Assembly: GCA_017626135.1 (NCBI GenBank)
Contig: JAGAJI010000029.1
Span: 2,328-66,327 of the forward strand
DNA: 64,000 bases
Direction of reading: 5' to 3'
DNA from: Clostridia bacterium
Lineage (GTDB): Bacteria > Bacillota > Clostridia > Christensenellales > Borkfalkiaceae
Each line of letters starts with the position of its first letter. Positions within the stretch are counted from its first letter, which is position 1. Of the stretch, positions 48,158-59,600 are shown in pieces. The notes under the pieces were generated by a model. That model made no database searches. It was not told the DNA's origin and saw only the letters and a program-made list of their open reading frames with translations. Position numbers and translations under genes: made by a program.

Positions 48158-49852
48158 ATGAGAGAATTTTGGATTTTATTCAAGCATGAATTTAAGATGC
48201 AATTCCCGCTCAGACCGCAAAAGGGAAGGTTCGATTTTATCGGCAGTTTGTTATCCCTTCTGACGACGGTGTTGGTGGCAGCGGTATTCGTCTTGTTGGT
48301 ATCCACGATCGCGGAGAACTACGTCGCCGTGGAGATCGATAAAGTCGCCGCCCCCTTGGAGCGCGGGAAGGAACTTCTGAACCTGTTCTATACCATTATC
48401 ATTCTCGCAATGTCGGTAATCTGCATGGAAAAGATGCGCAGTACGCTGACGCAGAAGAATGATAAGGAGCTGTTTTTACGTCTCCCCGTAAAACAGCAGA
48501 CGATCTTTATGAGCAAACTCTGTACGCTCATGATCTGGAACTACGTACTCGCATTCGTTCTGATGGGGAGCGTCAACGTCATCTTCTATCTGGCGTTGAA
48601 ACCGACGTTGGTTGCGACGGGCAGCGTGGCGGCGTACTGGATCTATTCCGTGCTCGCGTGGCTGTTCTTGCCCATGACGGCGTTTTTAATCGCAACCGTG
48701 TTGCTCGTACCCTACATCAAGTTCATCGATTTCGTCAGCAACAAGTACGTGCTCATCTTCCTCTTGCTCACCGCCATTTTAGTCTTGGCGTTCATGCTGT
48801 ATTCGGGGCTTTTGAGCATCGTGCAGTCCCTGTTGGAGACGGGCTCGATCAAATTCCTGTTCAACGAACGATTCATTCTGACTTTACAATGGCTTTTGAC
48901 TTGGACGTATCCGGCAAACTGTTTTGCGTCCATCGTGTTGGGCAAGGATCTTCTCCTATCCTTCGCGATCGTCGTCGGAATCACCGTCGTATCGGCGGCG
49001 GCGGTATATCTCGTTTCCAAGAGCCTGTTCTACGCAACGCTGTATAAAAACGAAAACAAACGTCAAAAGGGCAAACGCAAAACGCGCTTTGCCACCAAAT
49101 CCCCCCTTGCCTCTCTGATGAGGAAGGAATTTATCAGCGTCTTCCGCGATCCGCAACATTTGTTCTCCTATTTCGCGATCGCAACGGCGATGCCCGTCAT
49201 GGTCTATTGCTGTTACACGCTGTTTGATTCCCTGATCTGGAACGCGTTGGGGATGCGTATCAACTTCGCGTTGGGACTGTTGGTATTGCTCATTTTCAGC
49301 ATTTTGACCAACACCTTCTGCGCGACGAACGTCAGCCGTGACGGCAGAGCGGCGCTGAACGCGAAACTCTTTCCCGTCAAGCCCTCGATGATTTTGCTTG
49401 CCAAAGTGCTCTTTTGCGATATCGTCAGCTCTCTGGCAATCGTCGCGAGCGCGCTCGTCTTGGCAAACGCCACGACGCTTTCGACGTCGGACGCGATCGT
49501 CTGCACGTGTATCGCCTTGGTATTCTCGGTGGCGCAGATCTTCATCGCGACCCGCATGGACTTGAACCACGCCAAGGTGGCGGCGTCTCCCATCGAAATG
49601 GAAAAGCACAGCAACCGCACGGTGGCGAAAGTGGTATTTCTCGGCTTGTTTTTGGCGCTGCTGTTGGGATTGCTTTCCCTCTTCATCACCGTATTCGCGA
49701 ACATGGAGAGTATCGAAATCATCGCGCGGCTCAACTTACAGGGTTGGTATGCGTACGCCGTACCTGCGCTCGGCAGTTTGCTCTACCTCGGGTTTGCAGT
49801 TCTGTATTACACCGTCAAGCTGGACAGAAGCTTCGACAGATTGCTTGCATAA
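48158..49852 (+). CDS. Polytopic membrane protein, putative ABC exporter permease
   Basis: 564 aa with at least 12 hydrophobic helices. It starts 4 nt after the ATPase gene stop. Confidence 0.65.
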   Translation: MREFWILFKHEFKMQFPLRPQKGRFDFIGSLLSLLTTVLVAAVFVLLVSTIAENYVAVEIDKVAAPLERGKELLNLFYTIIILAMSVICMEKMRSTLTQKNDKELFLRLPVKQQTIFMSKLCTLMIWNYVLAFVLMGSVNVIFYLALKPTLVATGSVAAYWIYSVLAWLFLPMTAFLIATVLLVPYIKFIDFVSNKYVLIFLLLTAILVLAFMLYSGLLSIVQSLLETGSIKFLFNERFILTLQWLLTWTYPANCFASIVLGKDLLLSFAIVVGITVVSAAAVYLVSKSLFYATLYKNENKRQKGKRKTRFATKSPLASLMRKEFISVFRDPQHLFSYFAIATAMPVMVYCCYTLFDSLIWNALGMRINFALGLLVLLIFSILTNTFCATNVSRDGRAALNAKLFPVKPSMILLAKVLFCDIVSSLAIVASALVLANATTLSTSDAIVCTCIALVFSVAQIFIATRMDLNHAKVAASPIEMEKHSNRTVAKVVFLGLFLALLLGLLSLFITVFANMESIEIIARLNLQGWYAYAVPALGSLLYLGFAVLYYTVKLDRSFDRLLA

Positions 49853-49864
49853 GGAGGGAAAGCC

Positions 49865-51088
49865 GTGAATAAGAAACTTATTTTATTAATGTTGGCTTTG
49901 CCCTTGATCCTGATGCTCTTCCTGTTCACCGCGACGAGTACGGTAAGTCTTACCGTCAAGGTTCCCGTAGAGAGAATCGAGATCAGCGGAGAACCCATCG
50001 TCTATCTCGATCTGGACAGGGGGGAAACGTATACCGTAGAATATACCGTATATCCCACCAACGCGGCGAACCGCGATATCAGTTTCAGTACTTCGCAGGT
50101 GGGGACCGATCCCTTGGCGGAGTTGGAATTCGATATGGAAATGGGCGTCGTCACGCCCAAGACCTGCGGAAAAGCACGTGTTACCTTGACCACCATCGAC
50201 GGCGGGTTCACCGACAACTTCATCGTGCAGGTTTCCTCCAAGAGCTTGCAGGCGATCGAAGCGAGCGTGGCGGACGGAATTTTGGATATCGGCGCGACGA
50301 CGTCGATCACGACGGCGTTTACACCCAAGAACGCACCGAATAAGCAACTTCGCTACGAAGTCGTGGAAGGGGTGGAGATCGTCAGCGTCAACAGCCAGGG
50401 CGTCGTGACGGGGCTTGGCGTCGGCGAGGCGACCATTCGCGTCATCTCCCGTTTCAACGAAGAAATTTATTCGGAAGTCAAAGTGGAAGTCACCAGCTCG
50501 GCGGCGGTGCAGTTCGTAACTCACAGCGTGACGAACACCATGCAACAGACGGGCGGGGCCATTCCTTTATATATTGGGGAAGGCGTCGACTTCACCTACG
50601 AGCTCGAAGTGCTCGACGGGGCAGGGAACGCGACGGACGAGGCGATCACCTACGCGCTGGACAGCGAGAACAAAGTGCTCTCCTACACCTTCCGAGAAGG
50701 CTTTGAAGGCCAAGTGACCTTGAAACTCACCGTACGCGTCGAGGGTGTAGACCCCTTCGTCGACGAATGTACGATCACCCGTATCCGTCAGATCGAGGCG
50801 AGCTGGGTAGGCGCTAAGAGTATCGCAATTAAAGTGGGTACCACGCAGTACGTGTATTTGGAAGTCAATCCTTCCGACGTGGAGATCGGCTACGAAATCA
50901 GCTACGAAAACGACCAAGGCTATATTTCGGTCGAGGAAGACGTGGAAAACGGACAGCTGATCATCACCGCCGTGCGCGCGGCAGAGGACTTTGGCGAAAG
51001 CTACACCGACGTCGTCTTGAAGATTTGGGCGACCAACAATCCCGAACAGGTGATCACGCTTACGTTGACGGTCAATATCTATCATTAA
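49865..51088 (+). CDS. Membrane-anchored/secreted protein with bacterial Ig-like (Big_2) domains
   Basis: GTG start after GGAGGG. N-terminal hydrophobic anchor. Big_2-like segment ...FTPKNAPNKQLRYEVVEGVEIVSVNSQGVVTGLGVGEATIRVIS. Confidence 0.7.
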   Translation: MNKKLILLMLALPLILMLFLFTATSTVSLTVKVPVERIEISGEPIVYLDLDRGETYTVEYTVYPTNAANRDISFSTSQVGTDPLAELEFDMEMGVVTPKTCGKARVTLTTIDGGFTDNFIVQVSSKSLQAIEASVADGILDIGATTSITTAFTPKNAPNKQLRYEVVEGVEIVSVNSQGVVTGLGVGEATIRVISRFNEEIYSEVKVEVTSSAAVQFVTHSVTNTMQQTGGAIPLYIGEGVDFTYELEVLDGAGNATDEAITYALDSENKVLSYTFREGFEGQVTLKLTVRVEGVDPFVDECTITRIRQIEASWVGAKSIAIKVGTTQYVYLEVNPSDVEIGYEISYENDQGYISVEEDVENGQLIITAVRAAEDFGESYTDVVLKIWATNNPEQVITLTLTVNIYH

Positions 51089-51132
51089 CGGAAAATCCAA
51101 ATCAAAAATATCATTCAATAGGAGATATCATT

Positions 51133-53460
51133 ATGAAAAAGACTTTATTAGCAGTATTGAGCTTGCTTTGTACGGCAAGTCTTGCGGCAGGAATGGCGTC
51201 TTGTAGCCTGTTTATGCCTACGCCTACGCCGACACCGACGCCCGGCACGAGCAGCAGTTCTAGCAGCAGTTCGAGCAGTTCAAGCAGCTCGGAGAGCAGT
51301 TCCGAAAGCAGTTCCGAAAGCAGTTCGGAAAGCAGCAGCGAAAGTAGCAGCGAAAGTAGCTCCGAAAGCAGTAGTGAAAGCAGTAGTGAAAGCAGCTCCG
51401 ATAGCTCGGATAGTAGTTCCGACAGCTCGGACAGCAGTTCGGGAGAGGTGGAAGAGAGCACCATTTCGTTTGCAACGGAAGGGGCTTTGGTACTGGAATT
51501 CGATTCCACGGATTCCCTTGCATTTGAAGCTTCCTTCGGTACGTTGAAAGCAGGCAATTATACGGTAGAGGTTTCCGAAGGCGACGTAATCAACGTAAAC
51601 ATGGGTACGAACTTGATTTTGATTGAAACGGTGAAAGCGGGTGTAACCGAACTCACCGTCAAGGCGGAAAACAAGGCGACGGGCGAAACGGTAGAGGCGA
51701 CGAAGACGATCGTCGTAAAACCTCGTGACATGACGATTAACGAAGTCAAACTCGGCGCAAGCGATATCGAAGGCGTGTTCACGTTGGGCGGTACGACCGC
51801 AAACGCGGCGGCTACTTACGATTTCGACGTATCTTTGGGTAGCGCGACGGACGTTTCCGAAAGTCTTGCGAATTATATCGAATGGAGCAGCAGCAGCGCG
51901 TCCGTCACGGTGGATAAGAACGGCGTGGCGACGCTTGCGCAGTCGGGCGATGCGGAAACGGTAACGCTCAAAGCGAAATTCGTCGTGGACGGCGTGGAAT
52001 ACGAAAGCTCCAACGAATATGCCTTCCGTTGCGTATACGATGCCGTCAACGTAGGCACGTACGCAGATTTGTATAATGCGACGAAGGCGGAAAAAGCGAT
52101 CGTATTGAATGCGAATATCGACTTCCCTACCGTCGTATCGGAAATCAAATACGACTGGATGCACACCACTTACGACGATACCTATTATCAGAATTTGGGC
52201 AAACCCGAAGACGCGCGAATCAAGACCTTGTTACAATTCAAGAACGATTTGTACGGCAACGGGTATATGATCAACGCGCACAACGCAACGCTTGGTTTGT
52301 TGGATAATACCGGAGCTCCGACGGAAGAAACGCTGTTCAAAGGGCCTTTGAATTTCGTCGCTATGTCCGACTCAGGCGGTATGATCAGCGTGAAGGGGCA
52401 GGACAACGTATGCTTTGCCCTCTTCGAAGGGGTCACGGTCAACAACGTAGAACTTCGCGGCTCTAATTTGGAGAAGCATTCGGACGGGAAGATTCATTTG
52501 ACCGATCTTAACTACGCAGGTACGACGGTGGAAGTCTTCGGCGACAACGTCAATATCGAATATAGCCGTATCAATAACGGCAGAACGGTGCTCCGCGTAT
52601 TCGGGGATTATCAGGATGCGACCAAAGTCATTAACCTCAATATCAAGAACAGCGTGCTGAGTGGCGCGAGAGAGTTTATTCTCCGCATGGGCAGTAATTG
52701 TTTCGTGGACGGTACGGATGAAAACGTATCTCCCTACGTCGGTGCGGATAACGCAACGAGCAGAGAGTATTATTACAGCAAATTGAACAATGCCTACAAC
52801 CTTAGTTACACACCGGAGCAGAGAACGGCTTACGACGATAAATATACCAAGACGTTCGTAAACGTCAAGAACAGCGTATTTAGGGACGCGGGTATTTTTG
52901 CGATAGGTATCGACTCCCACTTCTCCGGCGGCGCATTGCAAAATGGACATAAGTTCGGTAGCGTTTTGGGTGAGTCTGCTGCGGCTTGGCAAAATCTTGC
53001 AAAGACCAGCTACGGTGCAAAACTCAAATTTGAAGGCGAAGTGATGATGTATAACTGGAAGCCTCTCGATCAGATCGACAGCAGTACGTTGATTGAAATG
53101 CTAAATACGCCTGCCTTTGGCGATAAATTGGAATTTGACGTAGCAAAGATGGTGAAATCCGTTGCCGATCAGCCCAAATTCTCCTCCATTATCGCAAAAG
53201 TAGAAGAGGAAGACTGGGTACACGCAGGGATCGCCTTCTTCGGCGGCGGTAAAAACTATGGTGCCTTTGAAAACAAGGCAGGCAACGTATTGTCGAGCTT
53301 TGAAGTTTCCCTTGCAGACGTAGATAAGGGATTCCTGACGGCGGCGGCAGGTGAGGAGAACTTCCACTTCCTGCTCTCCACGGACGGCTCCGCGTTTACG
53401 CCTCAGGTGCAGGAAGAAATGCTTGCATCTCCGGACGCATACGCTTGCTTAAAAAAATAA
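51133..53460 (+). CDS. Surface lipoprotein: Ser-rich linker, Ig-like domains, right-handed beta-helix-like C-terminal region
   Basis: GGAGAT SD. Lipobox AAGMASC. PTPTPTPTP plus an (SSSE/SSD)n linker. Repeated N..I.NS.. segments suggest a parallel beta-helix. Confidence 0.7.
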   Translation: MKKTLLAVLSLLCTASLAAGMASCSLFMPTPTPTPTPGTSSSSSSSSSSSSSSESSSESSSESSSESSSESSSESSSESSSESSSESSSDSSDSSSDSSDSSSGEVEESTISFATEGALVLEFDSTDSLAFEASFGTLKAGNYTVEVSEGDVINVNMGTNLILIETVKAGVTELTVKAENKATGETVEATKTIVVKPRDMTINEVKLGASDIEGVFTLGGTTANAAATYDFDVSLGSATDVSESLANYIEWSSSSASVTVDKNGVATLAQSGDAETVTLKAKFVVDGVEYESSNEYAFRCVYDAVNVGTYADLYNATKAEKAIVLNANIDFPTVVSEIKYDWMHTTYDDTYYQNLGKPEDARIKTLLQFKNDLYGNGYMINAHNATLGLLDNTGAPTEETLFKGPLNFVAMSDSGGMISVKGQDNVCFALFEGVTVNNVELRGSNLEKHSDGKIHLTDLNYAGTTVEVFGDNVNIEYSRINNGRTVLRVFGDYQDATKVINLNIKNSVLSGAREFILRMGSNCFVDGTDENVSPYVGADNATSREYYYSKLNNAYNLSYTPEQRTAYDDKYTKTFVNVKNSVFRDAGIFAIGIDSHFSGGALQNGHKFGSVLGESAAAWQNLAKTSYGAKLKFEGEVMMYNWKPLDQIDSSTLIEMLNTPAFGDKLEFDVAKMVKSVADQPKFSSIIAKVEEEDWVHAGIAFFGGGKNYGAFENKAGNVLSSFEVSLADVDKGFLTAAAGEENFHFLLSTDGSAFTPQVQEEMLASPDAYACLKK
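51210..51450 (+). repeat. Tandem 12-nt coding repeats (AGCAGTTCCGAA-type) encoding PT and SSSE linker
   Basis: A direct read gives TCGGAAAGCAGC / TCCGAAAGCAGT units repeated more than 10 times. Confidence 0.9.
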
Positions 53461-53683
53461 TAAAATCAGATAAAAATTGATAGTGATAGAGGATTCAGAG
53501 CGTATCACAGCCGACCAAGCGAAGGCTTGGTCGGCGGTAGCGCACTGTAAATTGGAAAAATACACGAAGAAAAAACAGATATACCTTAATAAACATACAT
53601 AGATTTACCTTATACATAAGGGGCATTACGTTCGAAAAAATTGGTGAAACCCTTTCATGAAAATAAATTCAGGAGGAAGTAGA

Positions 53684-56600
53684 ATGAAAAGAAGGTTAGC
53701 GACGTTGTTCGTTGCACTCAGTTCTGCTTTTGTAGCATTTGGCTTTGCATCTTGCCAAATTATTCAATGGCAACCCGATTGGGGTTTTATTGAAAATGTG
53801 AATCGTTACGAGATAGAGTTGGATACGACGGAGTTCGAGCCCGTCGTACCCTACGATAGCGAGTTTGATTATCAAAGCATCAAACTCATCTATAAAGCAT
53901 ACCTGGGCGAGGAGGAACAGCCCTTCTATGAGTTGCAAATCTCGTTGAAACCGAACATGGTCACGGGCGGTTTGGATACGACGACACCCGGGGAGAAAGA
54001 ACTCATCATCGAATACGGTGGTGAGAGCTTTCTTCTGCCTTACGTAGTCAAGTATCAGGTGGACTTTCTTTCCAAAGGGGAAGTGTTCAACACGCAGTAC
54101 GTATTGAGCTCGGACGAAGTCGTCGTTCCTCAAGCCAAGGAGCAAGAGGGCTATACCTTCGCGTACTGGAAGTCGGAAGTGCCCGAGGTGTTGACGGAGA
54201 ACGTGGCGATCGAAGCGCATTATTACGATAACGCTCTGCACGCGCCTGCGTTGGAAACGATTCATTGCACATACGATCCCAACGCAACGGTTGCGCAGCT
54301 GACCCTTCCTTCTAACGAAAGCGGAAACTGGGAATTCGTAGACCCCGCCCTTCCCGTCGGGGATGCAGGCAGTCACGAATATGAAGTCCGTTTCGTATCG
54401 AAAACGGACGAACTTGCGCCCGTAGCAAACGAGCTCGTGAAAGTACAGGTAGCGAAGAAAGCCGTTGCCGCACCTGCGGTCAGCGCTTCGCTCGTTTACG
54501 CTGCGACGACGCAGAAAGCTACCGTCACCGACGTGGAGACGGACGATTCGCTGTACGCAATCGTCAACGAAGGCGGTATCAATGCCGGCAATTACTCCGC
54601 GACGGCAACGTTGAAAGACGTGAAAAACTACGTATGGAAAGATACCGACAACTGGACGGAAGTGGACGAAGCAACGGGTATCTTGACGTTCAAGTATACC
54701 ATTACGCCCAAACAGGTGGAATTCGTCATCGCGTCGGAAACCTTCACGTACAACCGTGGAGAACAGTTCCCTACGTATACGTTCGCAGACGCGTTCGACA
54801 ACGAACATATTACGGCGGCGGACGTCACCGTCACGGGTACGCCGAAGATCAATGCGGATACGTATGAGTACGGATTTGCGATGAACAATGCCAACTACGC
54901 AGGTAGCTATAGCGGCACGTTCACCATCGAACAAAAGGAACTCACCTTTATCGTAGACAGCAAATCCTTCGTCTACGACGGAACGGAACATTATCCCACC
55001 TATTCGTTTGCCGATCCCGAAGATCTGCCCAATGTCCGCGTGATGAGCGGTAAGCCGCAGACGGAAGCGGGCTCCGGCTATAAATACGGCTGGTTGGTGA
55101 TGGACGATAACTACACCGGTATGCATACGGGTACGTTTGCAATCACCAAACCCGACGTCACCGTCACCGCAGTATTGAGCGAAACGGAGATCACCTATCC
55201 CGCGGCAATCCCCGAAATCACCTTCACGGTAGAAGGATTTACGGGAGACGAAGCTCTTTTGAATATCACCGTCGAAAAGCCTACGGCAAACGTGGGTACG
55301 CACGAGATCACGCCCGTCGTGAACAACGCCAACGTGAACGCTACCTGCGTTTCCGCAACGTTGACCATCAATAAGGGCACGCCCGAATATTACCGTCCCA
55401 CGCTTTCCACGGACGGATTGCAGGGCACGGCTGCCATTTACGGCGACACCATTTCCACGGTCACCTTCAGCGACGAAGGCTTCGGTACGTGGGCGTGGAA
55501 GAATCCCGACCTCGTCATCGATCGGATGTCGGATTTCTCTGCGGTTGCCGTATTTACTCCGCAGGATCCCAACTTAAATCAGTTGGAAAAGGAACTCTTC
55601 ATTACGAACGAGTACCGTCAGATTGCAAAACGTACCCTCAATATCGTCGTGACGAAAAACGAGTATACGTACACGGGCGAGGAATTTGCGCTCGAATACA
55701 CGATCGTCGACGCAACGGATCCCGAGGGATACACCATTGAGCTCGACAAGCTTACCGTAAGCGGAAATTCCGTGGAAACGGAAGCAGGCGAGCATAACAA
55801 GACGCTGGAAATCGTCAGCGACTATTATAAGGGCGTCGTATCTCCGAAACTGATTATCCACAAGGCGGATCCCGTCGTAAGCCTGACCGTTGATCACGGC
55901 AACGTAGCGTATCGTCCCGCGCTGACTTTGGAAAACAGCGGTCTCACGCCTATCGGCACCGCGCATCGCGCCAACGACGACGAACCCGTAGAAGGTACGT
56001 TTACTTGGGTAAAAGGTTCGTATTCGTTGTCGGGACTTGCTATCGGTGTAGCAACGCCCGTGAAAGTCGTCTTCACGCCGACCGGCGAGAAAGCGAATAA
56101 CTATAACTCCGTCATTTTGACCTACAACGTTACGGTGGATAAGGCGGATAGCGTTATTCAGAAAGTGGAGGGAAGCAACAAAGTCGCTCTTCTTGAAACT
56201 TATGAAAAGGTATACGATGCAAGCGCCTTCGCCTTCAAGGCGCAGGTAAGCCGTGACAACGAATTGCCGGATACTTCGACGATTACGTACACGTATAAGA
56301 ACGTGGCTACGGGCGTGGAGAGCGCTACGATTACGGAAGCGGGCGAATATGAATTGACGATTTCCGTAGGAGCAACCACGCACTATAAAGGTGCAACGGC
56401 TACGGTGATCGTAAGAATTACGCAGGCGTCCAACGAATGGAAGGACGGTCCCGCAATCGGACCTAACTCGTCATGGACGTATAAAAACCAAGGTAGCAAC
56501 CAAATTTCCGCTACCGCGAAGTTCGGAACGAGCACGATCGTAATCACGTATACGAATACGACGACGGGTACGGTGTATCATAATGCGGATAACAAACTGC

Positions 56601-59600
56601 CTACGGATGCGGAGGCAGGCACTTACGTTGCATCCGTCGTACTTCCTGAGACGTCCAACTGGGCAGGGTTGTCGGCAGAGGTGACCTTCACCGTCAACAA
56701 GGCAGAGGTGGCGAAACCCACCGTGAAATTCGTCTTGAACAACCAAACCGCGTATACGGGGACGGCGCAGATCCCTACCGTCAACGGCAGCTATGAAAAC
56801 GGTTCTACTGGCGGCGTAGGCTACACGGTGGAATACTTGAACAGAGACAGCATCGACGTTGGTACGTATCAGGTAAGAATCACCCTGAACGACGCGACCA
56901 ACTACGTATGGAGCGGCACGGATAGCAACGTATATGTAGCTGAATACAAGATCGAACAGGCAACCAACCAAATTACGAGCTTGAGCATTGATGGCTGGAA
57001 GTATTTGGAATACGACGCGGCAGAAAACGCGCCCGTTGCAACGGCAACGTTCGGTTCGCTTGCGGATATTTCCTACAGCTATTATACGTCATATCCAAAT
57101 GCTTTCAACCGCGAGAATGAGGTTTCTCTTGATGATATCAAGGTGGCAACCGTCAATACGTATTACGTCAGAGCGGATATTGCCGCTACGGAAAATTATA
57201 CGGCGGCATCCGAAATACAGTCGTTCGAAATTTCCAACGCCGATTTCGCGGATGCGCAAAAGGCAGAACTCTTCGCGCAGCCGTATGAGGTTACTTGGTT
57301 CAGCGGAATTACGATCGAGAATTCCGGTATCCAACTTCCCAACGGAAATTACACGTGGACGAATAAAAATCAGTCCTTGGATAGGATCGGCGAAAATGAT
57401 TGTGAAGCAACGTACGAGATCGCAAACTACAATGCGGTCACGGGCAACTTCAAAGTCACCGTAAAACAGGCGTCAGCTACGCTTACGGCAGGCATTCCCG
57501 AAGCGGACAGAACGTTCACGTATACGGGTACGGCGATCACCGATTTCTATACCTTCTTGCAACTTAGCACCACGAACAGCGAGTATACGACAGACACGGC
57601 GAAAGTGGTGGTTACGTATAACGTCGTCTATACGGGCGACGGCACGTATGACGGTACGATCTGCAACGCAGGTACGTACAAGATTACGGCAAACCTTCCC
57701 GCAACGACGCATTATGAAGCGGCAGACATGGCGGAAGTCACGATCACCGTGAAGAAGGTCGAAAATAAACAGACCATTCCTGAAATGAAAGCAACGTACG
57801 GCGAAACGTTGAGCAAGGCGAAGAATAGTGACGGCAAGACTCTGTCCGATTACAACGATACGTACGGCGAATGGAGTTGGGAAGCCGGCAACGATACGTT
57901 GGTTGGCAACGCAACTACGCATACGTATACGGCAAAATATACGCCCAAGGCGGAATATGCAGGCAACTATGCAGGCAGAACGGGCGTGGAAGTAACCGTT
58001 ATCGTTGCGAAAAAGGCAATTGCGCTTCCTACCCTTACGAAGACGTCCTTCGTATATAACGGTAGCGTGCAGAAACCTGAAATTCCCGTTTCGGATGATT
58101 ATTCCGTCTCGGATTGGTCGAATGAAAACAGCACGAACGTTGCAAATAACTACACCGTAACACTCAAGCTGTCCGACGAAAACTATGCATGGAGCGGCAC
58201 GGGCACGGGTGCCTCGGTAAGTGGTTTGAACGCAACGTATACCTATGCAATTACCAAAGCGACGCTTACCGTAACGGAGAACAAGATACAGACGGCAACG
58301 TACGGCGATAAGGTGAAAGAAAAGCTCCTCCTTCCCGTCAGCAAGTTTAATGGCAACGAGGTGGGTACTTGGGCATGGCGCAACGTAACGGCGGAAACCA
58401 CGGTCGGCGATTGCGCAAATAAGCACTCTTTCGAAGCAGAGTGTGCGTTGACCGGCGACGATGCGATCAACTTCAATTCGGTAAGCATCGTTACGGTAGA
58501 AGTAACGGTCAATAGGGCAACGCCTACGCTTACGGTTACGGACAATTGCCGTAAGACTTACGACGGAACTGCATTTGCCTTTGCGGAAGGGGATATCAGC
58601 ATTTCGCACGATGAAACGGCAGAGATCAGTTATCAATATAAGCTTGCAGATTCGACAGAAGAGGCGCAGAGCGGCTTGCCTACGAATGCAGGTACGTATA
58701 CGGTTACGGTAACGTTGAGCGAATCCGCGAACTATAAGGGCACGTCCACGACCGTTACGGTCACCATCGAACAGGCAACGCCTACGGCAACGGTCGAAAA
58801 CGTAGCGGTCGGCGCGTACCTGTCCGGATTGCGGGAACAGATCGGCAACCCTGCTTACGGGACTTGGGTTTGGAACAATGCAACGGATATACGTTTCACC
58901 GATGCAAAGACGTATGAATGCAAGGTACCCTTCCGCCCGAATAGCAACAATTATAAGACGGAAGGCATCATCACCGTGTACGTTGGAAAAGTGGCTGTAT
59001 CGGCGACGATTGCGCTTGATAGCAACGTTTATACGGGTAGTGAAATCAGATATACCGTCACGGTAGGCAATACCGTCGATGAGTTGACGTTAGGGACGCA
59101 GTATACCGTGGAATGGACGCAGTATACCGTAACGTGTGATACGATTCAGAATGCAGGTGAATACACCGTCACGATCACGCTCCTCGATGCTACGTTTGAC
59201 TGGGCAACGACGGATTCGACCGTTACGATTCAAGGCGCGGTCCTCACGAAGAAGATCACAATCGCAAGTGCAACCAACGGTTGGACGGAGGGTACGCCTG
59301 TACTCAGCGACGAAGATAGAACTTGGAATTACCTTGATCCTCAGGTTACGTTGAGCTCGCTCGAGTTGACTTCCGACACCGATACTTTGGCAAGGATTGA
59401 GCCCGAAGTTACCTATTACAAGAAGAGCGGCGATAACTGGATTGCAAACGATTGGACGGCAATTCCTCAAAATGCAGATGTAGGCGATTATAAGGTCGTT
59501 ATCAGCGTATCTGATGATCCGAACGGTAACTGGACGCAGGTGGACGACGTCGAAATTCTCTTCACGATCACGCCTAAGGCAATCACGCCTCAACTCAGCG

